Source of the DNA: Pseudomonadota bacterium
GTDB lineage: Bacteria; Pseudomonadota; Alphaproteobacteria; Rhizobiales; Rhizobiaceae
NCBI GenBank assembly: GCA_023419535.1
Contig: JAEZXX010000072.1
Coordinates: 55,011-79,010 of the forward strand
Length of the DNA stretch: 24,000 bases
Direction of reading: 5' to 3'
The notes under the pieces were generated by a model. The model worked only from the letters and a program-made list of their open reading frames with translations, had not been told where the DNA came from and did no database searches. Both the position numbers and the translations under genes were made by a program. Shown piece by piece: positions 16,077 to 24,000 of the stretch (position 1 is the first letter of the stretch; each line of letters begins with the position of its first letter).

Positions 16077-19000
16077 CTAGAAGGGCTTGGTCAGGGTCAG
16101 CGTCCCGGAATGATCGCGCTGCCCGCCGCCCAAGCCGAGGGCCGGACGGTAGTCGAGGGCGAGGGTCCAGCCGTCGACGAAGGCGGCGTCGAAGCCGATC
16201 CCGAACTCCAGCCGGTCCTGCCCCTCGACATCCGTGCGCACGCCGTAGGCCAGGGTGCCGACGTCGGCGTAGCCGATCGAGGCGCGGTCGGACCGGGCGA
16301 AGTCGTGGGCGTACTCGATGCGGGCCCGCGGCGTCAGGACGCCCCAGTCGAAGGCGACTTCGCTCTCCAGCCGCAGGCCGACGATCCCGGCGAGGCTGGA
16401 GACGTCTTGGCGTCCGTAGGTCAGCGTGAAGGGGCTGGCGCCCGCCTCGGTGAAGGCGTCGAGCCTGGCGTGAGAGCCTTCGAGGCCGAGATAGGGCGCG
16501 AAGAGATGCGCCTGCCCGCGGTGCTCCCAGGTCGCGGTGAGCGAGCCGAACACCTGGTCGCCGGACCGCTCGCCGCGTGCGATCTCGCCGGTCGCCGTCA
16601 CGTGGCGATGGCTGTCGAACTCCAGCCGGCTGTAGCCGACGAGGCCGTCGAGGAAGAGATTCGCGCCGGGCGCGAAGCTGCCGTAGAGGACGCCGCTGTA
16701 GGCCTCCGCCCGGCTCGTCGTCCCGTTCTCGCCGATGTCGGCCCGCTCGCGGCCGTAGCCGATGCCGACGCCGCCCACGAACTGCGGCGTGAAGCGGTAG
16801 TCGACGCCGGCGCTGAGTCCGACGAGGGTGCGGTCCAGATCGATCGAGACCTCGTCGACGTCGCGCGACCCGAAATTGACGAACCCGCCGGCCCAGAAGG
16901 CCGCGTTCGACCGCGGTCCTTCGACGCCCGAGCCCGCCGCCGGCTCGCGGGCAAAGGTCGGGGCCTTGCCGCCGGAGGCCGGGTCGAGCGTCGCGAAGCG
17001 GTCGTCGAGGGCGGTCTGCCCGCGCTCCTCGAAGAGGGCGATCGGGTCGTTCGCCGAGGATTCGCTCGGCAGGCCGATCGAGATGTTCGCCGAACCCCGC
17101 CGGCGCTCGTCCTCGTCATGCGTGCGCTCCAGCCGGTCCCGGAAGTTCCGGATCTGCGCGCTGGCGATGCGACGGGTCGAATCCGCCTGGGCCCCCAGAA
17201 GTCCGACGACCTCCGGGTCGAGCGCGGGATCGGGACGCGCCTCGACGAGCACGGTCAATGTCGCGACGTTCGAGGGGCCGAACGCGTTGGACAGGGTGAA
17301 GGTGATGCTGGTCCGTCCCGCGCCCGCCGGATCGGCGGCGAAGACGAGCGAGGTCCCCGCCCCGCCGCGATCGAGCGCGGCGGTGCCGATGCGCGGGTCG
17401 GGCTGTGAGACGAGCGCGGCGCCCGTGAAGGGGCCTCCGGTCGCGCCTGCGGTCAGGTCGACCGTCAGGGCGGTCCCGGCGAGGACCGTGACGGTGGCGT
17501 CCGCGGCGGTCGGCAGTTCGCCCTCGACCCGCAGCGTATAGGTCGCCGTCCCCGTGAAGCCGTTGGCGTCGCTCGCCCGCACGACGATCTCGAAGCTGCC
17601 GCCGGCCGTCGGGGTGCCGGACAGGACGCCGTCGGCGCCCAGCGCCAGACCCGGCGGCAGGGTGCCGCCGGCCAGGGCGAAGCCGTAGGGCGCAGCGCCG
17701 CCCGAGGCCGTGATCGCCTGTCCGTAGGGCGTGCCGACGGTGGCGGCGGGCAGGGCGCCGGGCGCGAGCGCGATGGCCGGCGCGCCGATCCGCACCGTGT
17801 AGTCCGCCGAACCGGCGAAGCCGTTGGTGTCCGTCGCGGTGACGGTGAAGGCGAAGCTGCCGCCCTGCGTCGGGGTGCCCGACAGGGTCCCGTCGGGGGC
17901 GAGCGCCAGACCGGGTGGCAGGGTGCCGGTGGCGGTGAAGGCATAGGGGCCGACGCCCCCGGAGGCCGTGAGGGTCTGGAGATAGGCGACGCTGCCCGTG
18001 CCGTCCGGCAGGGTGGCGGGCGCGAGTGCGATGGCCGGCGGGTCGATCCGCACCGTGTAGTCCGCCGAACCGGCGAAGCCGTTGGCGTCCGTCGCGGTGA
18101 CGGTGAAGGCGAAGCTGCCACCCTGCGTCGGGGTGCCCGACAGGGTCCCGTCGGCGGCGAGCGCCAGCCCGGGCGGCAGGGTGCCAGCCGCGGAGAAGAC
18201 ATAGGGGCCGACGCCGCCGGAGGCCGTGAGGGTCTGGAGATAGGCGACGCTGCCCGTGCCGTCCGGCAGGGTGGCCGGTGCGATCGCGATGGCCGGCGGG
18301 TCGATCCGCACCGTGTAGTCCGCCGAACCGGCGAAGCCGTTGGTGTCCGTCGCGGTGACGGTGAAGGCGAAGCTGCCGCCCTGCGTCGGCGTGCCCGACA
18401 GGGTCCCGTCGGTGGCGAGGGTCAGCCCGGGGGGCAGAGTGCCGGTGGCGGAGAAGACATAAGGACCGACGCCGCCGGAGGCCGTGAGGGTCTGGGCATA
18501 GGCGACGCTGCCGGTGCCGTCCGGCAGGGTGGCCGGTGCGAGCGCGATGGCTGGCGGGTCGATCCGCACCGTGTAGTCCGCCGAACCGGCGAAGCCGTTG
18601 GCGTCCGTCGCGGTGACGGTGAAGGCGAAGCTGCCGCCCTGCGTCGGCGTGCCCGACAGGGTCCCGTCGGTGGCGAGGGTCAGCCCGGGCGGCAGGGTGC
18701 CGGCCGCGGAGAAGACATAGGGGCCGACGCCGCCGGAGGCCGTGAGGGTCTGGGCATAGGCGACGCTGCCCGTGCCGTCCGGCAGGGTGGTGGGCGCGAT
18801 CGCGATGGCGGGTGCGCCGAAGACGAGGCTGTAGGCCTGCTCGCCGGTGTTGCCATTGGAGTCGGTCGCCGTCGCCGTGAAGCCGAAGCTGCCGGTCTGG
18901 GTGGTCGTCCCGGAGAGCGTCCCGTCGGACGCGAGCGTGATGCCGGCCGGCAGCGCGCCCGCGGTCACGGCGAAGCCGTAGGGCGCAGCGCCCCCCGATG

Positions 19001-22000
19001 CGGTCAGCGCCTGGGCGTAGGGCAGGCCTGCCGTGCCCGCGGGCAACGTGGCCGGGGCGATGGCGATCGCGGGCGCCTCGATGACGAGGCTGTAGGGCCG
19101 GCTGCCGGCGTTGCCGTTCGCATCGGTGGCCGTCGCGGTGAAGGAGAACGAGCCGCTCTGCGTCGTCGTGCCGGCGAGCGTCCCTTCGGTCGACAGGGTG
19201 ATGCCGGCCGGCAGCGCTCCGGCCGTCACGGCGAAGCCGTAGGGGCCGGTGCCTCCCGAGGCGGTGAGGGTCTGCGCGTAGGGCACCCGCGTGATGCCCT
19301 GCGCGAGCGCGGCGGGCGCGATCTGGATGTCGGGGACGACGACGGTGAGGCTGTAGGCGAGCGACCCGGCGAAGGCGCCGGTTCCGGTGCTGGAATCGGT
19401 CGCCGTCACGGTGAAGTTGAACGTCCCGCCGGCCGTCGGCGTGCCCGAGAGGACGCCGTTCGCCGCGAGCGAGAGGCCGGTGGGCAGCGCACCCCCGGTG
19501 ACGGCGAAGCCGTAGGGCGCGGTGCCGCCCGAGGCGGTGAAGGTCTGGCTGTAGGCGACGTTGCGCGTCGCGTCGGGGACCGCGCCGGGCGCCACCGCGA
19601 TGGTGGGCGCGCTGATGTCGAGGGTGTAGGCGCGGGTTCCGGTGAAGCCGTTGCCGTCGGTGGCCCGCACGGTGAAGGAGAACGTGCCCCCGGCCGTCGG
19701 CGTGCCCGACAGGGTTCCGTCGGTCGCCAGGGCCAGTCCTGCGGGCAGGGTGCCGGTGGCGAGGGTGAAGGCGTAGGAGCCCGTTCCGCCGCTGGCGGTC
19801 AGGATCTGGCTGTAGGCCGCCGCGACGGTCCCCGCGGGCAGACTTTCCGGTGCGATCACGATCGACGGCGCGCCGACCGAGAGGGTGTAGGCCACGCTGC
19901 CGGCATAGCGGCCGCCGGGATTGGGGCCGCCGGTCGAGCTGTCGGTCGCCGTCACGGTGAAGGGGAAGCTGCCCTGGACGGTCGGCGTGCCCGACAGGAC
20001 GCCAGTGGGCGACAGCGTGACGCCGGTCGGGAGCGCGCCGGCGGTGACGGCGTAGCTGTAGGGCGCGGTGCCGCCGCTCGCCGTCAGGGTCTGCGAATAG
20101 GGCTGGCCGCCCGTGGCGGGGAGCAGAGCGCTCGGCGCGATCGCGATCGCTGGCGCCAGCACCGTCCCGGTGTACTGCTGGGTACCGGAGAACGGCGCGT
20201 TCGTGCCCGTCGAGCTGTCCGTCGCCGCGATCGTGAAATCGTAGTCGCCGCCCTGCGTGGGCGTGCCGGAGAGCGTCCCGTTCGGTGCCAGCGCGAGGCC
20301 CGTCGGCAGGGCGCCGGTGCTCACGGAGAAGGTGTAGGGCGCCGTCCCCCCGGTCGCCCCGAGGTTGGCGGTGTAGGCGGCGCCCACCTGCGGCTGCGGG
20401 ATCGACGCCGGCGTCACGTCGATGGTGGGGGGCCGGATGTTGCCGCTATAGGCCACCGTGAGCGTGTAGGGGCCGCCGCTTTCGGGGGGCGAACTGTCGG
20501 TCGCCGTGACGGAGAAGGTGTAGCCGCCGGCCTGAGTCGGCGTACCGGAGAGGCGACCGTCGGCGGCGAGCGTCAACCCGGCCGGCAGACTGCCGCCGGT
20601 GACGGCGTAGCTATAGGGCGCCGTTCCGCCGCTCGTGGAGAGATTCACGCTGTAGGCCAAGCCCACCGTCCCGCCGGGAAGCGGGCTCGGGGGAGACGCC
20701 GTCAGGGTCGGTGTTGCGATGGAGAGGGTGAAGGCCTGCGACTGCGTGACCGGCGGGCTGCCGAGGCCCGTATCCGTGACCGTGACGGTGAAGGGGAAAC
20801 TGCCGCTGGCGGCCGGCGTGCCGGTGATCCGGCCGCCGGTCGAGAGCGTCAGGCCCGCGGGCAGGGCGCCGCTCGTGATCGCGTAGCTGTAGGAACCCGA
20901 ACCGCCGCTGGTCGTGAAGGTGAAGTCGTACGCCGCGCCCCGCTGGCCGGCGGGCGGCGTGTTGGTCGTCAGCGTCGGATCGGCGATCGTGATCGAGACC
21001 GTCGCCGGCGCGGAGGTGGCGACGCCGTTGCTGACGGTGAAGGTGAAGCTGTCGGCCCCGCGCGCGTTCGTGGTCGGCGCGTAGGTGAGGTTCGGGGCGG
21101 TGCCGGAGAGGGTTCCGCGCGCCGGGCCCGTCGCGACGTTGTAGGTCAGCGTCCGCGCCGGCGTGTTCGGGTCGGTGCCCGTCAGGGTGATCGCGGTCGC
21201 CGTGTTGAACGGCACGGCGACGCTCTGGGCGTTCGCGGTCGGCGCCTGGACGACGGTCAGCGTCGCCGCGTTCGTCGTGACGGTGTCCTCTGTGTTGGTG
21301 AAGACCGCCCGGTAGCGGTTTCCGTTGTCGGAGGCGACCGTCGGGGGCGTCGTGTAGCTGGTCGAAGTCGCGCCCGGGATGTTCGTGAAGCTTGCGCCGC
21401 CGTTCGTCGAGACCTGCCATTGCACGCTCGGCGCGGGAGAGCCCGACGCCGCGGCGTTGAAGGTCGCCGTCGCGCCGACGGCGACGGTCTGGTCCGCCGG
21501 CTGCGTCATGACGGCCGGCGCGGTCAGGACGACATAGGAGAAGCCGCCCACCAGCGTCGCCGTCCCGCCGCCCGTCGTCACCGAAACGTCGGCCGGACCC
21601 GCCGGACGGGCGGGCGTGACCGCCGTGATCTCAGTGGCGCTGTTGACGACGAAGCTCTGCGCGCCCGCGCCGCCGAACGTGACGGCGGTCGCATTGGTGA
21701 AGTTCGTGCCGGTGATCGTCACGCTCGTGCCGCCGAGGGTCGTCCCCGAGTTCGGCGTGACGCTCGTGAGCGTCGGGGCCGCGATGTAGGTGTATTGGTC
21801 GGCCGGCGGGTTGGCCGCGGTGGTCACGCTCCCGGTCGTGACGCGCACGCCGTAGGTCCCCGCGGTCCGGGCCGGCAGCGTCGCGTTGAGCTGCGTCGCG
21901 CTGACGAAGCTGACGCCGGTGGCGGCCACGCCGTCGACGGTGACCGTCGCGGACGGCGTGAAGTTGGTGCCGGTGATGGTGACCGCGCGCGTCTGGTTCG

Positions 22001-22952
22001 CCGGGCCGGAGGTGGCGCTGAGGGCGGTTACGGTCGGGGCGGCGTAGGTGAAGGTCGCGGCGCCGGAGGCGGCGAGGTTCCTCGTGTTGTCGGTGACACT
22101 CACCGTTACGGCGCCGTTGCCGGCCGGCGTCGTCGCTCTCAGCGTCGTCGCGCTGGCGAAGGTCGCGGGCACCGTGGTGCCGCCGAAGGTCGCGCTGTAG
22201 GCGCTGGTGTTGACGAAGTTCGTGCCGGTGATCGTCACCGGCGTACCGCCGCCGCTCGACCCGCCCGTCGGTGCGATCGAGTTGATGGTCGGGGCGGGCG
22301 GGGTGGCGGGCGTACAGGTGACGGCGAAGTCGATGGTGCCGTTCGTCGGACTGCCGTCCGCAAACCCGAGCAGACCGATGGATGTCTCGGCTCCCGTGAC
22401 AGAATATTGCCGTGTTGCCGTGTCATTGGCCGTGAAGCGGACGGTTCCGACCTGCGCCGTCGCCGTCGCGTTGCTTCCGTTTCGGAACGCACCTCCTATC
22501 GCTCCGATCGCCGAGCTGGTGCTGAAGTTGCTGACCGTCATCGTCAGGTTGATCTGGTCGCCTGCCGCGAAGGGATAGAGAGTGCCGCCGTCCAGATAGG
22601 CTGCGGTGCCGGCATCGGGGTCGGTGGTGCCGGCGACCGTCCGGATCGCGTGGATGGCGCGGTTGGTCACCGTGTTCTCGGAACGGGCGGTGGACTGAGC
22701 GGTATTGAGGTCCGAGTTGACGAAAACCGCGCGGAAGTTGAGGCCGCCATTGTTGACCGCAGTGCAGCCCGCCGACTGGGCCGAGGCGGTCGTCGGGGTC
22801 ATCATCGCAAAGGCCGCGGCTGCAACGCCGGTTGCCAGCCGAAGTCCTAGCGCCGCCTTCGTGACCGGAGCCGCAGATCCGCTGGTTCTGGACAGGCTGC
22901 CACGGCAGATAGACAGCGCGCGCCCCATAGCGCGGACGAAGGAGATCGACAT
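16077..22952 (-). CDS. Giant type Va autotransporter adhesin with IPT/TIG, I-set-like Ig and 13 He_PIG-type Ig repeats
   Basis: The open frame runs to 23018 (TTG); I start it at ATG 22950-22952 (MSISF...). Residue numbers follow the 2313-aa track ORF. Signal peptide ends ...TPTTASA|QSAG at residue 80. Cys-bracketed N-terminal domain: nt 22299-22778. Three IPT/TIG domains (GGTPVTITGTNF-type): 21525-22292. I-set-like Ig (PSVQWQVS...DNGNRYRAVFTN): 21249-21524. Cadherin/Big-like domain: 20982-21248. Thirteen He_PIG repeats (LPxGxxGxxYxxxLxASGGxxPYxFxxxxGxLPxGLxLxxxGxLSGTPT): 17523-20981. Ig-like spacer: 17238-17522. Autotransporter linker plus beta-barrel (AFWAGGFVNFGSRD...LTLTKPF, terminal Phe): 16080-17237. 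Confidence 0.9.
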   Translation of the reverse strand: MSISFVRAMGRALSICRGSLSRTSGSAAPVTKAALGLRLATGVAAAAFAMMTPTTASAQSAGCTAVNNGGLNFRAVFVNSDLNTAQSTARSENTVTNRAIHAIRTVAGTTDPDAGTAAYLDGGTLYPFAAGDQINLTMTVSNFSTSSAIGAIGGAFRNGSNATATAQVGTVRFTANDTATRQYSVTGAETSIGLLGFADGSPTNGTIDFAVTCTPATPPAPTINSIAPTGGSSGGGTPVTITGTNFVNTSAYSATFGGTTVPATFASATTLRATTPAGNGAVTVSVTDNTRNLAASGAATFTYAAPTVTALSATSGPANQTRAVTITGTNFTPSATVTVDGVAATGVSFVSATQLNATLPARTAGTYGVRVTTGSVTTAANPPADQYTYIAAPTLTSVTPNSGTTLGGTSVTITGTNFTNATAVTFGGAGAQSFVVNSATEITAVTPARPAGPADVSVTTGGGTATLVGGFSYVVLTAPAVMTQPADQTVAVGATATFNAAASGSPAPSVQWQVSTNGGASFTNIPGATSTSYTTPPTVASDNGNRYRAVFTNTEDTVTTNAATLTVVQAPTANAQSVAVPFNTATAITLTGTDPNTPARTLTYNVATGPARGTLSGTAPNLTYAPTTNARGADSFTFTVSNGVATSAPATVSITIADPTLTTNTPPAGQRGAAYDFTFTTSGGSGSYSYAITSGALPAGLTLSTGGRITGTPAASGSFPFTVTVTDTGLGSPPVTQSQAFTLSIATPTLTASPPSPLPGGTVGLAYSVNLSTSGGTAPYSYAVTGGSLPAGLTLAADGRLSGTPTQAGGYTFSVTATDSSPPESGGPYTLTVAYSGNIRPPTIDVTPASIPQPQVGAAYTANLGATGGTAPYTFSVSTGALPTGLALAPNGTLSGTPTQGGDYDFTIAATDSSTGTNAPFSGTQQYTGTVLAPAIAIAPSALLPATGGQPYSQTLTASGGTAPYSYAVTAGALPTGVTLSPTGVLSGTPTVQGSFPFTVTATDSSTGGPNPGGRYAGSVAYTLSVGAPSIVIAPESLPAGTVAAAYSQILTASGGTGSYAFTLATGTLPAGLALATDGTLSGTPTAGGTFSFTVRATDGNGFTGTRAYTLDISAPTIAVAPGAVPDATRNVAYSQTFTASGGTAPYGFAVTGGALPTGLSLAANGVLSGTPTAGGTFNFTVTATDSSTGTGAFAGSLAYSLTVVVPDIQIAPAALAQGITRVPYAQTLTASGGTGPYGFAVTAGALPAGITLSTEGTLAGTTTQSGSFSFTATATDANGNAGSRPYSLVIEAPAIAIAPATLPAGTAGLPYAQALTASGGAAPYGFAVTAGALPAGITLASDGTLSGTTTQTGSFGFTATATDSNGNTGEQAYSLVFGAPAIAIAPTTLPDGTGSVAYAQTLTASGGVGPYVFSAAGTLPPGLTLATDGTLSGTPTQGGSFAFTVTATDANGFAGSADYTVRIDPPAIALAPATLPDGTGSVAYAQTLTASGGVGPYVFSATGTLPPGLTLATDGTLSGTPTQGGSFAFTVTATDTNGFAGSADYTVRIDPPAIAIAPATLPDGTGSVAYLQTLTASGGVGPYVFSAAGTLPPGLALAADGTLSGTPTQGGSFAFTVTATDANGFAGSADYTVRIDPPAIALAPATLPDGTGSVAYLQTLTASGGVGPYAFTATGTLPPGLALAPDGTLSGTPTQGGSFAFTVTATDTNGFAGSADYTVRIGAPAIALAPGALPAATVGTPYGQAITASGGAAPYGFALAGGTLPPGLALGADGVLSGTPTAGGSFEIVVRASDANGFTGTATYTLRVEGELPTAADATVTVLAGTALTVDLTAGATGGPFTGAALVSQPDPRIGTAALDRGGAGTSLVFAADPAGAGRTSITFTLSNAFGPSNVATLTVLVEARPDPALDPEVVGLLGAQADSTRRIASAQIRNFRDRLERTHDEDERRRGSANISIGLPSESSANDPIALFEERGQTALDDRFATLDPASGGKAPTFAREPAAGSGVEGPRSNAAFWAGGFVNFGSRDVDEVSIDLDRTLVGLSAGVDYRFTPQFVGGVGIGYGRERADIGENGTTSRAEAYSGVLYGSFAPGANLFLDGLVGYSRLEFDSHRHVTATGEIARGERSGDQVFGSLTATWEHRGQAHLFAPYLGLEGSHARLDAFTEAGASPFTLTYGRQDVSSLAGIVGLRLESEVAFDWGVLTPRARIEYAHDFARSDRASIGYADVGTLAYGVRTDVEGQDRLEFGIGFDAAFVDGWTLALDYRPALGLGGGQRDHSGTLTLTKPF
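17523..20981 (-). repeat. In-frame array of 13 He_PIG-type (putative Ig / dystroglycan-cadherin-like) domain repeats, ~80-90 aa each
   Basis: The pattern ...SGGxxPYxF...LPxGLxLxxDGxLSGTPTxxGxFxFTVTATD... recurs 13 times in the translated adhesin. Identity between repeats is variable outside the four-copy core. Confidence 0.85.
17787..18818 (-). repeat. Four near-identical tandem 258-bp (86-codon) copies inside the He_PIG array
   Basis: The marker string gatccgcaccgtgtagtccgccgaaccggcgaagccgtt recurs at 17787, 18045, 18303 and 18561, an exact 258-nt period. I hand-aligned copy 18045-18302 against 18561-18818 and found about 16 mismatches and no indels. Most mismatches are at the copy junction. 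Confidence 0.9.
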
Positions 22953-23270
22953 CGGCAGGCCCCCGACCCTTCTCCAGTTCCCCAACTGGTTGAAGCGGTC
23001 ATCCGTACCGTCACGCAATGCACGCGCGTGTCAAGGATACCGTTACGGAATCGTCGGCAGCACGCCGCTTTAAATTACGATGTGATGCGAAGACGCAACC
23101 GACCGCGCGAAATAACTAGAAGAAGTGACGGCTCGTAATTCCGTCGCGGCACTTGATCTGAAACGTAACGGTTGTACCATCGCGACGCGCGTCCGCTCCT
23201 TGCGATCTGTCGCAGCGCATGGGGCGCGGCGAGGCAAGGTTGTGCCTGGGCGCTGGGCGAGGGGAGACGC

Positions 23271-23861
23271 ATGGAAGCCTATCTTGGATACGTCATGTTC
23301 ACCGCGGGCAGTTACGCGCCGCGCGGCTGGTCGCTCTGCCAGGGGCAGCTGCTCGCGGTCTCGCAGAGCACCGCGCTCTACTCGCTGCTGGGCACCACCT
23401 ATGGCGGCAATGGCCAGACGACCTTCGGTCTGCCCAATCTGGGCGGCCGCACGCCTATCGGCACCGGCCAGTCGCCGGGCGTCGGCCACAACTATCAGCC
23501 GGGCGAGATGGGCGGCACCGAGCAGACCACCATCGTCGCCGCCCAGATGCCGATGCACGTGCATGCCATCGCGCCCCAGCCCGGCCCCACCGCGGTCACG
23601 GACAATTCCGGCGGCAGCACGACGAATCGACCCAGCGACGGCGCGCGCCTCGGCGTCGGATACGATTCATCCGGCGGAGAAGCGGCACCCGCGATCTACG
23701 TGCCGGCCAGCGCCGGAGGCACCACGGTCAACCTCGCGGGCGGCGCGGCGGGTACCACCGCTGTGGCCGGCGGCGGCCAGCCCATGTCGATCCTGCAGCC
23801 CTATCTGGCGATGAACGCGGTGATCTGCATCGAGGGGCTCTATCCCTCACGTCCGGACTGA
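23271..23861 (+). CDS. Phage tail collar domain protein (MdpB / microcystin-dependent-protein-like)
   Basis: Track ORF 23172-23861 trimmed to ATG 23271, which has a GGGGAG SD; 196 aa. Tail-collar signature: YLGYVMFTAGSYAPRGWSLCQGQLLAVSQSTALYSLLGTTYGGNGQTTFGLPNLGGRTPIG. The C-terminus GGGQPMSILQPYLAMNAVICIEGLYPSR is typical of the family. Confidence 0.88.
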   Translation: MEAYLGYVMFTAGSYAPRGWSLCQGQLLAVSQSTALYSLLGTTYGGNGQTTFGLPNLGGRTPIGTGQSPGVGHNYQPGEMGGTEQTTIVAAQMPMHVHAIAPQPGPTAVTDNSGGSTTNRPSDGARLGVGYDSSGGEAAPAIYVPASAGGTTVNLAGGAAGTTAVAGGGQPMSILQPYLAMNAVICIEGLYPSRPD

Positions 23862-23912
23862 GACGGCCGAGCGGTGCGCCGCCCGTCGGGCCGCGTACCG
23901 CCCCGCCTCGCC

Positions 23913-24000
23913 TCAGTTGAACACCGCCTGGTAGACGCGCCGGTCGCGCAGCGGCGGGCACTGGGTGATGAAGATGGAGTGCGGACCCCCGCGCCCGCAG
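23913..24000 (-). CDS. C-terminal end of an unidentified CDS entering from beyond the window
   Basis: The minus-strand frame is open from the window edge to TGA (23913-23915): ...CGRGGPHSIFITQCPPLRDRRVYQAVFN*. 27 of the 28 sense codons end in G or C, matching the GC3 bias of real genes here. Only 28 codons are visible and I could not recognise a family. Confidence 0.35.
   Translation of the reverse strand, partial: CGRGGPHSIFITQCPPLRDRRVYQAVFN

Noticed and set aside
17523-20981. Regular repeat array considered as a possible CRISPR array or mobile-element repeat
   Set aside because: The units are 240-270 bp, contiguous with no unique spacers, and translate in frame into Ig-like domains within one long ORF. 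These are protein domain repeats, not CRISPR or IS repeats.
21420-22850. 476-aa plus-strand ORF and other internal ORFs of the adhesin region (17465-18202, 20611-21420, 22207-22578 and others)
   Set aside because: Antisense or off-frame reading of the Gly/Thr/Ala-rich adhesin repeats. Arg-rich nonsense.
23172-23270. N-terminal 33 codons of the track ORF for the tail-collar protein, and overlapping ORFs 23125-23814 and 23219-23920 (plus) and 23070-23564 (minus)
   Set aside because: The family-conserved N-terminus begins at MEAYLGYVMF (ATG 23271), which has its own SD. The upstream codons and the other frames are low-complexity.
23271-23861. Tail-collar gene considered as evidence for a prophage or tailocin
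   Set aside because: No capsid, tail, baseplate, integrase or lysis genes are visible in the window. This family is commonly chromosomal and stand-alone in Alphaproteobacteria.

Overview
GC-rich chromosomal segment whose gene content and synteny look alphaproteobacterial (Hyphomicrobiales/Rhizobiales-like; inference only). It is mostly housekeeping. On the minus strand: yggS (partial), a copper-trafficking operon (Cys/His membrane protein, PCu(A)C, SCO1/SenC, PepSY-TM protein), leuC, a cfa-family methyltransferase, sugE/gdx behind a clear guanidine-II (mini-ykkC) riboswitch, a secreted thermonuclease and a DUF1674 protein. Next come htpX and rsmB on the plus strand, a heparinase II/III-like protein, a possible small lipoprotein, a beta-carbonic anhydrase and an ABC-F ATPase. 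The right third holds a giant (~2290 aa) type Va autotransporter adhesin and a divergently transcribed phage-tail-collar (MdpB-like) protein. The adhesin is built from 3 IPT/TIG domains, an I-set-like Ig domain and 13 He_PIG-type Ig repeats; four of those repeats are near-identical 258-bp tandem copies. The most unusual element is a free-standing 201-aa ORF (10451-11056, minus strand). It carries an AID/APOBEC-like zinc-deaminase signature (HVE...RWSPCIEC) and has clearly lower GC than its neighbours. It is wedged between rsmB and the heparinase-like gene, with no toxin-delivery domain, immunity gene or mobility gene nearby. I found no rRNA, tRNA, CRISPR array, transposase or integrase. Many long ORFs in the supplied track are off-frame or antisense artefacts of the high GC content and were rejected.
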